NCBI GenBank assembly: GCA_964540055.1 | Contig: CAZILC010000008.1 | Location: 1 to 62,779 of the forward strand | Origin: an uncultured Gammaproteobacteria bacterium | GTDB lineage: Bacteria > Patescibacteriota > Microgenomatia > Levybacterales > UBA12049 | Direction of reading: 5' to 3' | DNA length: 62,779 nt | Shown: positions 27,782 to 37,335 of the stretch, piece after piece | How positions within the stretch are numbered: position 1 is the first letter of the stretch | How the letters are laid out: each line of letters begins with the position of its first letter | The notes under the pieces: model-generated | Databases searched by the model: none | Seen by the model: only the letters and a program-made list of their open reading frames with translations | What the model was told of the DNA's origin: nothing | Position numbers and translations under genes: made by a program

Positions 27782-28078
27782 ATGGCAGCTTGTAGCCTTA
27801 ATGAGATTTCTACTGATTTTGGGTGTTTTCCCAACGATCCTGTCGGGTTTGTCCAGAAGTTCTACGGAATTGGTCTGAGTTTTGTCGCGGCGTGTGCCCT
27901 CATTGCTTTAATTTATGGTGGGTATGTCGTCATGACTTCACGAGGTAATCCACAACGGGTCAATGACGGGAAGAGTTGGATTTATTATGCGATTGCTGGT
28001 CTGCTTCTCGCAATATTTGGCTTTGTATTTATCCAAACAGTGCTCGTTGATATCCTGCATGTGCCGGGATTTCATTAA
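27782..28078 (+). CDS. two-TM T4SS-pilin-like protein (VirB2/TrbC-like, CPR type)
   Basis: 98 aa. The segment CALIALIYGGYVVMTSRGNPQRVNDGKSWIYYAIAGLLLAIFGFVFIQTVLVDILHVPGF aligns along its whole length with the C-terminus of ORF 18143-19489. Confidence 0.6.
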   Translation: MAACSLNEISTDFGCFPNDPVGFVQKFYGIGLSFVAACALIALIYGGYVVMTSRGNPQRVNDGKSWIYYAIAGLLLAIFGFVFIQTVLVDILHVPGFH

Positions 28079-28132
28079 TCGCGTTTGACGCGACTGAAGA
28101 GAATGTATTTCTACCACGTCAAACGTGGTTTT
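28079..28132 (+). promoter_or_regulatory. pair of 3-nt-loop hairpins with an alternative cross-pairing (attenuator- or operator-like)
   Basis: Hairpin 1 is TCGCGT-TTG-ACGCGA (28079-28093). Hairpin 2 is CCACGT-CAA-ACGTGG followed by TTTT (28114-28132). CGTTTGACG (28082-28090) is the exact complement of CGTCAAACG (28117-28125). Confidence 0.45.
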
Positions 28133-28145
28133 CAGAGTTTATTGT

Positions 28146-31100
28146 ATGAAAAGATTGCTGCCTATATTTATCAGTTTCGTTTGTCTTTTTATTGTTTTAT
28201 TTTCATCGCCGCTCCCCGTTTTCGCACAAAATCTCAATCAGTCCCCGACTGACTCCCGCTGGGTGATTGATCCTGAAGTTACTTTTATCGGTAAAAATGC
28301 CCGCCGATCAGGAGATTTTCTTGACTGGACCCTTCAGAATTACAATTGGGTTTGTGTAAAGCAAATTAACGCCAGACAGTGTGATGATACCAATAATCCG
28401 ATTGAGAAATACTGGTCTCTCATCGTGCTGTATATCGTCGTGCCGATGCTTTTTGTGGTAATTCTTGCGACTTCCATCGTCATTATCGTGACGCGGGGGA
28501 AGAGTTTGACCATAATGCGCTTTATACCACGATTTATCGCAGTCGTTTTGCTGATTGTCTTTTCCTATTCACTTCTACAGTTTTTCTACCAGTTTACCGA
28601 CTTAATACAAGGTTTCTTCCTGCGGTCCAATATCAATAATCCTTGTCCGCCGAATTGTATTTCGGATAAAGATTTGCTCTATGTGGGTTGGGATTATACC
28701 AATTTTGTAGGTTTGCGTTTGCTGGGAGATAAATACGCAGAATCGGCGTTTATTTCGTTACTTCTGACCAAACTTACCGCACTTACTTATTTTGTCATGG
28801 TATTTTTACTGCTCGTTCGGAAAATTATTTTGTGGTTCTTTATCATTGTTTCACCAATTTTCCCGATCCTTCTCCTCTATTATCCCGTCCGTAATACCGG
28901 AAAAATCTGGATTGGGGAATTTTTCCGCTGGTTGTTGTATGCGCCGCTTTTCGCGATTTTTCTTAACGGTTTAGTGTACCTTTGGCGCAATCAAATTCCG
29001 CTTGTTTTTAGCAATCCCAATATTGGAAAAGCTGCCGCCATCGAGTATCCGACAGCAGTTAATATCCTTCTTGGCGGCCCACGCCAGCAGGTGACACCGA
29101 CCAACAGTGTAAATCTTGTTGAAACGTTTGCTCTCTACGTTGTTTCTCTTATTATGCTGTGGATTGTTATTTTGCTGCCGTGGATTCTTCTTCAGATTTT
29201 TCTTGATTACGCGCAAAATTTTGCGCCTGGTGATACTGCTGTCATGAAGACATTAGTAAACATGGCAACCACACCAAAAGGTGGTGGTTCTGGACCTGCG
29301 CCTGCTGAAGGTGGTGGAGGAGCAGCGATAGCGTTGCCGTTTGCTAAGAAATTCAACATTCCGACTAATATCGGGCCAGCGCCGGCCGGAGCTGCTAAAG
29401 AAATGAAGATCGAAAATGTCACTGCTAATCAGGCGACCTTTACCAGACCTGCTCTTATTAATACAGGAGAAATTGCGAATGCAAATGTAAATACCATTGC
29501 AAATGCCAATGTGAACGCTTCGGTCCTGAGTACAGCAAATGTCAAGCTTCCTAGCATGCGCGATATTGCTAAATTTGATATAGCTCTCAGATCAAATGAC
29601 GTATCCAAACAGCAAGAAGTTAGCAGATTCTCCGAACAGTTGGTAAAGATTTCAAATCCAGTCGTTGTTACGAATACGGTTGAAAAAGACAAATACCGTG
29701 AGATTCGGGAAAAACTAGGTCAGCAGAGCGCCACAGGAAATGTCGCTGCCAATAATGTTATGAAAGGCGCAAAAGCCTCAAACAGTAGTCTTAATAATGT
29801 TTCCAACCAGAAAGTGAAGAGCATGCTTGCGCAAATGGCAAATCCTAACTTGGCAACAGGTACCGATAAAGAGAAAATGACACAGCTAAACAGTATGCTT
29901 AAGAGTGCAAGTCAATCAACATCGCAGAGTTCAGTATCCAAGTCCAGTAAATCTACTGCTGCTACGAGCAAAGATTCGAGTTCTCAAATAAGTAGTCAAC
30001 TTGCATCATCTATTCTTAAAGTAAATGACAAAACAAGTGATAAAGAAATTCAAAAGATCAAAGATCAATTGCATCAATCTTCAAGTAACTCGGTAAGTAA
30101 GGCTGTCTCTTCAGCAATTACCACATCTGCCAAAGCTTCTACGCAAATGTCAGAAACACTCAAACAGGTTGCCAATCCAAGTAGTGTTACCAAGATTGAA
30201 GATAAAGCGCGTGTTGAGCAGCTTAGGTCCTCTCTTGAGAAGGCAAGTAAAGAAGGAAATACGCTCGCAAGCTCAATTCTTTCTGTCAGTGATAAAACAT
30301 CTGTCACTGATATTGAAGCACTGCAGCAAAAGATCCAACAGGCAAAAGAGAAAGGAGAACCAATCGCAACAGAAGTAGCAAAAGTGGCAAGTGCTACCAA
30401 TCTAACAACGCTGCCGATGATCAACAAAGTACAAAGTGTGAAGAAAGAAGATTATCAGGCAGTCAAAGATATGTGGAAACAAAACTATCAGGGTCTTGAA
30501 GTACCTCAGGGTATGGCAGGAAGTAGGTCCGAATGGCTTAAAGAAGATATTAAAAGTATTGATGAAACACTTGCACTTCTTTCATCACCGGATCAGGATA
30601 AGCAGCAGCAGGGTATGGATCAGGTTTCCAGTCTCTTACCGTTCCTTTTGGTTGGAGGATTCTCGCAAAATGAAATTATTGATTACTTGAAGGCCAAACA
30701 GGAAGCAGCAAAAGAAGTTTCCACATCACTCGCTGCTGATGAAGAAGATAAAGTCGGCATCACTACAAAAGCAACCCACGCAGTACAAACAATGTCAGCC
30801 TCAATGTCTGAGGGAACTGGCAGTGGAGCATCTGATGAGGACGAAGGTGAAAGTCCATTGACTTCAATCAGTTCAGTATCCAATGTCTCAAATACTACCT
30901 ACACACAGCCTGAAATTTCGAACGAAATTTTGAATATGGTCAATGTTAAAGTACCAAAACTCAGCGATATTGCCAAATTCGAAACCAGTGCTCTGAGGCA
31001 AGATACTTCCAAGACCGCAACGAAAGAGAATTTGCAAAATGTTCTGACAAAGATTGCAAATCCTGCACAAATTACTGACACGTCAGAGCGAAGTAAATTT

Positions 31101-32675
31101 GAACAGATTCATGAGAAATTACTCTCCGAACAACAGAACGGTAATCCAACAGCAGGATTCATTTTGAATGCGGCAATGAGAGCACAAGGCTCGGCACCTG
31201 AATCTGCAAAAGATACGCTTGCAAAGATAGCAAATCCATCCCTTGCTACTGCTGAGGCAGATAAAAAACGATTTAATGCGCTTCATGAATCTCTTGCAAA
31301 AGCAAGTAAAGAAGGAAATTCACTTGCGACCTCAATTCTTAGTACCAATGCAACAACTTCAGCACAAGACATTGAGAAATTGCAATCCAAGATTCAAGAA
31401 GCTCAAGAAAAAGGTGAAACTGTCGCAGCTTCCGTTTCCCCAATCCTTGGGACACAATCTCTGCCAAAAGTTAATAAAGTACAATCTGTCAGTAATGAAG
31501 ATTATCAGGCAGTTAAGAATACCTGGATGCAAAATTATCAAAGTGTGGAAGTGCCAAATGGTGGTAATCGTTCGGAATGGGTCAAGCAGGATATCGCCGA
31601 TATTGATACAACGATTGGACTTCTTTCTTCCGATGATGAACAAAAAGTACAACAAGGAATGGATCAGGTTTCAAGTGTCCTACCATTCTTACTTGCAGGA
31701 GGATTCTCTCAGACTGAAATTATTCAATATTTGAAAGCCAAACAGGATGCAGCAAGGGAAGTTTCATCGCAATTAATGTCAGATGAAGAACAGCAAGTTA
31801 GTGTTTCTTCAGGATCTCAACATACTCAAGCGCAACAGGTAATGACAGCCTCAGTTTCCACTAGTTCACAGGATGCAAATGTATCTGTTGATAACTCAGG
31901 ACCTGGTGAAGAATCTGCGCTTAGTACGCAATCATTGGCTGGTGCACAAGCACCAACGGTTGCGGTACAAAATGACATTCTTGTAAAAGCAGATCTGAAG
32001 ATACCAAGAATGATTGATGTTGCGAAATATGAGACGCGAAAAGTAACGAGCGACAAAGAGGAAGCAAATCGACAGGAAAAAACGCATGATGCACTCATGA
32101 AGATTGCCAATCCTGCAAAATTTGTGACAGAAACAGACAGGCAAAAGTATGAAGATCTTAGAGCAAAATTGGCACAGGACAGTCAAAAAGGAGATCCTAC
32201 TGCGGGTATGATTCTTTCTGCTGCAACAAGTACGAATGAGGGTGATACAGCAGCTGCATTGCCGACAGCCAATCAAACACAAAAAGTCAGCCAACAAGAT
32301 TACGATGAGGTAAGAAAACTTTGGGAAGAAAACTATCGCACATTGCCAATCCCTGCAGAATATGGTACCGACAGAATTGCGTGGATCAAAGCAGATGCTG
32401 CCTATATTGAAGATACGATTACACAATTAACAGCAGCCGATACAGAGAAACAAAAGGAAGGAATGAAACGCGTTTCAGATATTATGCCAATGCTTCTTCT
32501 TGGAGGATTCTCAAACGAGGAAGTTGTCGGATACTTGAATGCAAAAATTGAGGCTGGAAAAACAGTTCTTTTTGAATTGCAAAAAGAGGAAGAAGCAAGT
32601 GTAACAGTTGAGGCAAAAACAGGAGAACAGCAGCAATTACAAGCCAAAGAAGTAGAAGAAAAACCGGAAGAGTAG
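28146..32675 (+). CDS. giant (1509 aa) polytopic membrane protein with a triplicated helical-repeat tail
   Basis: Signal peptide MKRLLPIFISFVCLFIVLFSSPLPVFAQ, about six TM helices (nt ~28410-29205), a Gly-rich linker, then ~1150 aa of K/E/Q/S/A-rich repeats. It ends with tandem stops TAG TAA. Confidence 0.8.
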   Translation: MKRLLPIFISFVCLFIVLFSSPLPVFAQNLNQSPTDSRWVIDPEVTFIGKNARRSGDFLDWTLQNYNWVCVKQINARQCDDTNNPIEKYWSLIVLYIVVPMLFVVILATSIVIIVTRGKSLTIMRFIPRFIAVVLLIVFSYSLLQFFYQFTDLIQGFFLRSNINNPCPPNCISDKDLLYVGWDYTNFVGLRLLGDKYAESAFISLLLTKLTALTYFVMVFLLLVRKIILWFFIIVSPIFPILLLYYPVRNTGKIWIGEFFRWLLYAPLFAIFLNGLVYLWRNQIPLVFSNPNIGKAAAIEYPTAVNILLGGPRQQVTPTNSVNLVETFALYVVSLIMLWIVILLPWILLQIFLDYAQNFAPGDTAVMKTLVNMATTPKGGGSGPAPAEGGGGAAIALPFAKKFNIPTNIGPAPAGAAKEMKIENVTANQATFTRPALINTGEIANANVNTIANANVNASVLSTANVKLPSMRDIAKFDIALRSNDVSKQQEVSRFSEQLVKISNPVVVTNTVEKDKYREIREKLGQQSATGNVAANNVMKGAKASNSSLNNVSNQKVKSMLAQMANPNLATGTDKEKMTQLNSMLKSASQSTSQSSVSKSSKSTAATSKDSSSQISSQLASSILKVNDKTSDKEIQKIKDQLHQSSSNSVSKAVSSAITTSAKASTQMSETLKQVANPSSVTKIEDKARVEQLRSSLEKASKEGNTLASSILSVSDKTSVTDIEALQQKIQQAKEKGEPIATEVAKVASATNLTTLPMINKVQSVKKEDYQAVKDMWKQNYQGLEVPQGMAGSRSEWLKEDIKSIDETLALLSSPDQDKQQQGMDQVSSLLPFLLVGGFSQNEIIDYLKAKQEAAKEVSTSLAADEEDKVGITTKATHAVQTMSASMSEGTGSGASDEDEGESPLTSISSVSNVSNTTYTQPEISNEILNMVNVKVPKLSDIAKFETSALRQDTSKTATKENLQNVLTKIANPAQITDTSERSKFEQIHEKLLSEQQNGNPTAGFILNAAMRAQGSAPESAKDTLAKIANPSLATAEADKKRFNALHESLAKASKEGNSLATSILSTNATTSAQDIEKLQSKIQEAQEKGETVAASVSPILGTQSLPKVNKVQSVSNEDYQAVKNTWMQNYQSVEVPNGGNRSEWVKQDIADIDTTIGLLSSDDEQKVQQGMDQVSSVLPFLLAGGFSQTEIIQYLKAKQDAAREVSSQLMSDEEQQVSVSSGSQHTQAQQVMTASVSTSSQDANVSVDNSGPGEESALSTQSLAGAQAPTVAVQNDILVKADLKIPRMIDVAKYETRKVTSDKEEANRQEKTHDALMKIANPAKFVTETDRQKYEDLRAKLAQDSQKGDPTAGMILSAATSTNEGDTAAALPTANQTQKVSQQDYDEVRKLWEENYRTLPIPAEYGTDRIAWIKADAAYIEDTITQLTAADTEKQKEGMKRVSDIMPMLLLGGFSNEEVVGYLNAKIEAGKTVLFELQKEEEASVTVEAKTGEQQQLQAKEVEEKPEE
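29541..32675 (+). repeat. three in-frame composite super-repeats (A 29541-30938, B 30939-31982, C 31983-32675)
   Basis: Each copy starts VK[LVI]Px[ML]xD[IV]AK[FY][DE], carries IANP units and ends with a ~100-aa GMDQVSS..LPFLL.GGFSQ.EII.YLKAKQ module. Confidence 0.85.
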
Positions 32676-32718
32676 TAAGTCAAAATTGAGGTTTGAGAGT
32701 TGCGATTTGAGTATGAAA

Positions 32719-32745
32719 CCCTATTAGTAGGGCTTGTTCTTTTTG
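32719..32745 (+). terminator. weak hairpin plus T-rich tract after the giant gene
   Basis: CCCTA-TTAG-TAGGG followed by CTTGTTCTTTTT. Confidence 0.3.
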
Positions 32746-32774
32746 AAAATTTAGTATTTAATAGAAAGAGTAGT

Positions 32775-35700
32775 ATGTTTGGTAATATATTTAAAAAGGA
32801 TCCTGAAAATCCATCACAAACAGCCGGAACGAGTACACCAAATGCAAGTGTGCCACAAGCGGGTGCTTCCTCACAACCACCTGCAGTTCAAGCTCCACCA
32901 GTTCAAGATGCATCGGCACAGCCACCACAACAGGCGCCGTCTGCTTTTTCAAATTCGCCTGCACCTTCAGCATTTTCAAATAATCCCGCTCCTGCTCCAA
33001 CTCCTGATCAGGCTCCTCCATCCAATCTTTCTTCGCAACAACCAATCGATCCTGCAGCAAGTTCGCCTGTTGCGTCTGATACTCCGCAGGATGTTTTGCC
33101 TCCGACGCAAGAGCCAATGGATAGTACGCCACCAGCACAACAATATGGAACGGATGCTGGAACCCAACAAGGGGTTTCCTCACCTGATCAACCAGGATCA
33201 TCTCCAGCTTCCAATGGCGGCCCATCGGATTCGTCACAAGGTGGAGAAATGGCAGCACTCAGTCATCTTGATTCCCGCGCAGCACAATCTTTGACGAAAG
33301 CTCAGGAAGAGACCCGAAGAATCAAACAGCAATCAATTGAGCCTGAGCAATTGCTTTTGGGACTGTTATATGATCAACAAGTTTATAACATGCTCAATGA
33401 AATGGGAGCAGACGGGGGTCAGATCTCCAAAGAAATTCAAACTGATGAGAAAATGGGAACATATCAAGCACAACCGACACTTAGTAAAATCTCTTTGGAA
33501 GTATTTGATCAGGCATATCGCGATGCAAAAATGCGAGGCGCAAATTTCGTTGCTCCTGAAGATGTGCTTGTCGTTCTGTTTAATCCAAATTTCAAAACAG
33601 CGCAGTATCTTCAAAAACATAATTTAAAGAAAGAAACAGTTGTTGAGAAATTCTCCAAAAATCCGACAGTATCCTATGGTAAAAAATCAGTACTTGAAAA
33701 ATACGGGACTGATTTGACAAATGAGGCAAAAGAAGGCAAATTGGATCCAGCAGCAGGGCGTGATAAAGAGATTGACCGAATCATTCATATCCTCCTTAGA
33801 CGCACAAAAAATAATCCGATTATTATCGGTGAAACTGGAGTTGGAAAGACTGCGATTGTTGAAGGTTTGGCGCAAAAAATTGTAACAGGTGCAGTACCTA
33901 AAGATTTGTTGGAAAAAAGAATTATCCAGCTTGATGTTGCAGCACTTGTTGCTGGAGCAAGCCATAGAGGAGAGTTTGAAGAAAGACTTCGTGAAGTTAT
34001 TAACGAGGTTTTAGGATCCAACAACAGAATTATTCTTTTCATAGATGAGGTGCATACGCTGATGGCCAATGACGGTGAAGGTGCTTCAGGCGGAGCCGCC
34101 AATATTATCAAACCGCATTTAGCTCGAGGCCATTTCCAGTTGATCGGCGCGACAACGACAATGGAATACCGCAAGAACTTTGAGAAAGATAAAGCTTTTG
34201 AAAGGCGGTTCCAACCAGTAACAGCTGAGGAACCAAGCGAAGAAAATGCGCTTGAGATGCTTAAAGTGCTGCGTCCCAAATATGAGAAATTCCATCATGT
34301 GACGTTGCCGGATGATTCACTCAAAGAATGTATTAAGCTTTCAAAGAAATATATCGGCGAGCGTTATCTTCCGGACAAGGCAGTCGACCTTCTTGATGAG
34401 GCATCTTCTGAAGTGAAGTTACAAATTGATGCTGGCAATCGAGCAAATGGTGATTCGACAGTTAAAAAAGCAGATATCGAAAAAGTAGTCAGTGCGTGGA
34501 CTGGTATCCCAATCACCAAATTGACCGAGGATGAAAGTCAAAAACTCCTAAAACTTGAAGACAGAATTCATCAGCGGCTGATTGATCAGCAAGAAGCTGT
34601 ATCTGCAGTTTCTGAAGCAGTTCGACGCGGAAGAATCGGACTCGCCGCAGCCAATAGACCAATTGCATCATTTATTTTCCTTGGACCAACCGGTGTTGGT
34701 AAGACGGAGCTTGCTAAGACCTTGGCAGAATTATTGTTCGGTCGTGATGATGCAATGGCCAGACTTGATATGTCAGAGTACATGGAAAAGCATGAGGTTG
34801 CCAAATTGATTGGTGCGCCTCCAGGTTATGTCGGGTACGAAGAAGGCGGACAGTTGACCGAAGCAGTTCGTAAAAAACCGTATTCGATTGTTCTCATGGA
34901 TGAAATTGAGAAAGCTCATCCTGACGTGTTTAATATTTTACTGCAGCTTCTTGAGGACGGACGACTGACGGATAACAAAGGCAACACCATTTCCTTTAAA
35001 AACACGATTGTTATTTGTACCTCAAACATCGGTAGCTCAACAATTCAGCAACATTTGAGTAAAATCGATCCCAAAGCTAAGAGATCTCCTGAGGATATGG
35101 AGAAAAGCTTTAAAGAATTGCAGGGAATTGTCCGTGAAGAACTGACGAAATTCCTTCGTCCTGAGGTACTCAACCGTTTTGATGAAGTCGTTATCTTCAA
35201 ACCTCTCATGCCAGAGCATATGGCTGGTATTGCCAGGCTTGGTATTGCCAAGACAGCAAAGCTTTTGAAAGAGCAAGGATTCAATCTCCAGATAACCGAA
35301 CGTGCTATTGCTCAGCTTGCAAAAGATGGATATGACCCGGTTTTCGGTGCGCGCCCGCTTCGACGCTTGATCCAAACGGCTATTGAAAATCCGATTGCAC
35401 TGGCTATCATTTCAAAGAAGTTTGTTCCCGGTGATACGATTGTCATTGATTTCAGCGACAACACCAATGAATTCTTCTTCTCCAAAGGCAGTGGAGTTGG
35501 TGCTGAGGCGATTGCACCGATGACAGATGATCAATTCCGCACATTCCTTCTGGAACTTAACAACCCTGATACTGTTAAGAATGCTAATGACAAGCAACGC
35601 TTTATGGAAGTTCATGATCTCGTGGTTAAAGGTCAATCGGAAAATAACAAGACTGCAAATTCGATTTTAGCCGTCACAGCAGCGACACAATTAACTGATA

Positions 35701-37076
35701 TTGCAACAATTCGAAAGGAACTGGAGATTGGAAAAGGTAAAGGAGATGCAATGAGCCAGGCTGTTTTGGATCTTGCTGCAACCGTTGCACATCAGATTGC
35801 CGCGACAATTAAATTAAAACACATCATTTTAGAAATCATCCAGCCTGACACGATTGTCCAGCCTGTAAAGAAAGCACGCTTTATGCAATTGCATCAGAAA
35901 GTAACTGAGGAAGCGCAGCGCCAGAATGAATTGGCAGTCAAAATTATGGCCGTCAATGATACAACTCCAGCAGAAACAATTGATGAATTGATGGAGATGC
36001 TTAGAACCGGTGCTGCCAACAGCGAGGATCTTGCAACAGAAATTCTCTCAGTGGTTAATAACGAAATTGCTGAGGAAGCAGAGGCAGTTCATGATGCTGA
36101 TCCGGCCATACAGTTTAAAAAAGTACTTCAGCAGCTGATAAATCCATTATATCTTGCAGATCCTGAAGACAAAGCAAAATTCAGCCAAATGTACGATAAA
36201 ATCACCAAAGCAAGTAATTCAGGAAATCCCTTAGCTGCCGAAATTTTGGCAATCACCGATATCACTTCTGATGCGGATATCCAGAAACTCAAAATTGCAC
36301 TCGAGACTGCTGACAAACAAGGTGATCCATTTGCTAAAGAACTTATGGCGGTTATTAACGAAGCTATCGCTCAGGCTCCTATCAGAAAATTGAAACGGGC
36401 AATGCTTCTGATCTCAAATCCTGTTAGTGCCCAGACGCAGCAAGAGCGAGATCAATATACGGAATTACAGACAAAGATCACCTCAGCTAGCCAAAGTGGT
36501 AATCAGCTCGCACCCAAAGTTCTCGCGATTAAAGAAGGATCAACTGATGAAGAAATGAAAGAATTGCTCAAAGGACTGCAGGACGCAAAAGATAAAAATG
36601 ATGAGGTCGCATCCATGATCTTATCTCTGGTTGGCAATGTCACACCAGTTGAACAAACCGCTCCTCAACCTGCACAAGATGCATCTGCTGCACCAACGCA
36701 GGATTCAATACCATCACAGCCGGCTGCAAACTCTTCTTTTGATACAGCACCTGTTGCACCTACTGCAACATCAGCACCGCAACCATCGGTGTCATTCCAA
36801 ACGGCAACTGGTGCAGTAGTTCGACCTTCGCCAAATGTCGGAACAGGTTCCGGCTTCACACCGCCTCCGCCATTACCCGGAGCAGGTCCTATGATCGGAA
36901 CTCAGCCGACATCATCCCCAGTTGACAGCAATCCAGGTGGCGCAGCAGTAAATCCCAATGGCTCAATGATGCAGCCGCAAAATGCCTATAATGCATACAG
37001 TTTCTCAGGCATTCCGGCAAGCGCCCGCCCAATGGGTTATGTCTCTCCTCAAACCAGACAGGAAGATGTCGAGTAG
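32775..37076 (+). CDS. Clp/Hsp100-family double-AAA+ ATPase without M-domain or ClpP loop, with disordered termini and a C-terminal IANP-repeat extension
   Basis: The ATG at 32775 is preceded by AAAGAG. The order is a ~175-aa P/Q/S-rich N-terminus, a Clp_N-like domain, NBD1 ([16 protein letters not shown]), NBD2 ([32 protein letters not shown]), four ~92-aa repeats and a ~145-aa P/S/T-rich tail. Confidence 0.85.
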   Translation: MFGNIFKKDPENPSQTAGTSTPNASVPQAGASSQPPAVQAPPVQDASAQPPQQAPSAFSNSPAPSAFSNNPAPAPTPDQAPPSNLSSQQPIDPAASSPVASDTPQDVLPPTQEPMDSTPPAQQYGTDAGTQQGVSSPDQPGSSPASNGGPSDSSQGGEMAALSHLDSRAAQSLTKAQEETRRIKQQSIEPEQLLLGLLYDQQVYNMLNEMGADGGQISKEIQTDEKMGTYQAQPTLSKISLEVFDQAYRDAKMRGANFVAPEDVLVVLFNPNFKTAQYLQKHNLKKETVVEKFSKNPTVSYGKKSVLEKYGTDLTNEAKEGKLDPAAGRDKEIDRIIHILLRRTKNNPIIIGETGVGKTAIVEGLAQKIVTGAVPKDLLEKRIIQLDVAALVAGASHRGEFEERLREVINEVLGSNNRIILFIDEVHTLMANDGEGASGGAANIIKPHLARGHFQLIGATTTMEYRKNFEKDKAFERRFQPVTAEEPSEENALEMLKVLRPKYEKFHHVTLPDDSLKECIKLSKKYIGERYLPDKAVDLLDEASSEVKLQIDAGNRANGDSTVKKADIEKVVSAWTGIPITKLTEDESQKLLKLEDRIHQRLIDQQEAVSAVSEAVRRGRIGLAAANRPIASFIFLGPTGVGKTELAKTLAELLFGRDDAMARLDMSEYMEKHEVAKLIGAPPGYVGYEEGGQLTEAVRKKPYSIVLMDEIEKAHPDVFNILLQLLEDGRLTDNKGNTISFKNTIVICTSNIGSSTIQQHLSKIDPKAKRSPEDMEKSFKELQGIVREELTKFLRPEVLNRFDEVVIFKPLMPEHMAGIARLGIAKTAKLLKEQGFNLQITERAIAQLAKDGYDPVFGARPLRRLIQTAIENPIALAIISKKFVPGDTIVIDFSDNTNEFFFSKGSGVGAEAIAPMTDDQFRTFLLELNNPDTVKNANDKQRFMEVHDLVVKGQSENNKTANSILAVTAATQLTDIATIRKELEIGKGKGDAMSQAVLDLAATVAHQIAATIKLKHIILEIIQPDTIVQPVKKARFMQLHQKVTEEAQRQNELAVKIMAVNDTTPAETIDELMEMLRTGAANSEDLATEILSVVNNEIAEEAEAVHDADPAIQFKKVLQQLINPLYLADPEDKAKFSQMYDKITKASNSGNPLAAEILAITDITSDADIQKLKIALETADKQGDPFAKELMAVINEAIAQAPIRKLKRAMLLISNPVSAQTQQERDQYTELQTKITSASQSGNQLAPKVLAIKEGSTDEEMKELLKGLQDAKDKNDEVASMILSLVGNVTPVEQTAPQPAQDASAAPTQDSIPSQPAANSSFDTAPVAPTATSAPQPSVSFQTATGAVVRPSPNVGTGSGFTPPPPLPGAGPMIGTQPTSSPVDSNPGGAAVNPNGSMMQPQNAYNAYSFSGIPASARPMGYVSPQTRQEDVE
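35538..36641 (+). repeat. four IANP-type helical repeats in the Clp ATPase C-terminal extension
   Basis: The units begin [30 protein letters not shown] and [10 protein letters not shown]. Each has the pattern +.+F..(L/V)H/Y, GN..A..IL and T..DI..L shared with the giant protein units. Confidence 0.8.
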
Positions 37077-37116
37077 TATTGCAAATTTAATTTAGATCTT
37101 TTATACTGGCTCAACT

Positions 37117-37140
37117 GCCTCTTCATATGAATAAAGAGGC
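37117..37140 (+). terminator. hairpin after the Clp gene (weak terminator candidate) spanning the ATG of the next small ORF
   Basis: GCCTCTT - 10 nt - AAGAGGC. There is no clean T-run. Confidence 0.25.
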
Positions 37141-37312
37141 ACTTCTTAACATTTTACTTCCCGGAATCTTATTACTTATAGCCTGGATCATTACTATCTT
37201 TACGTTTTATATGTACCAAACCCCAAAGACTTCTGTTGAAGGAATTGCGATGCAAAAGTTTTCAAATTTAAATCCATCCCCGATTACCTCACCATCACAA
37301 AGCAATAATTAA
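37127..37312 (+). CDS. possible single-TM small protein (61 aa)
   Basis: One clear TM helix (LLNILLPGILLLIAWIITIFTFYMY). The start is buried in the hairpin, so coding status is uncertain. Confidence 0.3.
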   Translation: MNKEALLNILLPGILLLIAWIITIFTFYMYQTPKTSVEGIAMQKFSNLNPSPITSPSQSNN

Positions 37313-37335
37313 AATATACAATCATTATCCCTATA

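Noticed and set aside
31243-32426. 163-aa (+) and 164-aa (-) ORFs inside the giant gene repeats
   Set aside because: These are shadow ORFs in K/E/Q-rich repeat DNA. The main frame is continuous for 1509 codons with clear repeat structure, whereas the shadows have no coherent features.
29541-32675. Possibility that the large repeats are a CRISPR array or non-coding tandem repeat
   Set aside because: The repeats are 0.7-1.4 kb long, in frame, divergent (about 80 percent identity at best), and lack any short direct-repeat/spacer periodicity. They encode a coherent protein.
32779-33294. Long alternative-frame (+, 171 aa) and antisense (-, 155 and 64 aa) ORFs overlapping the 5' end of the Clp ATPase gene
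   Set aside because: They lie in the P/Q/S/A-rich low-complexity coding region, whose biased composition suppresses stop codons in other frames. Their translations are themselves low-complexity (H/Q/L/R runs), and none has a start context or motif.
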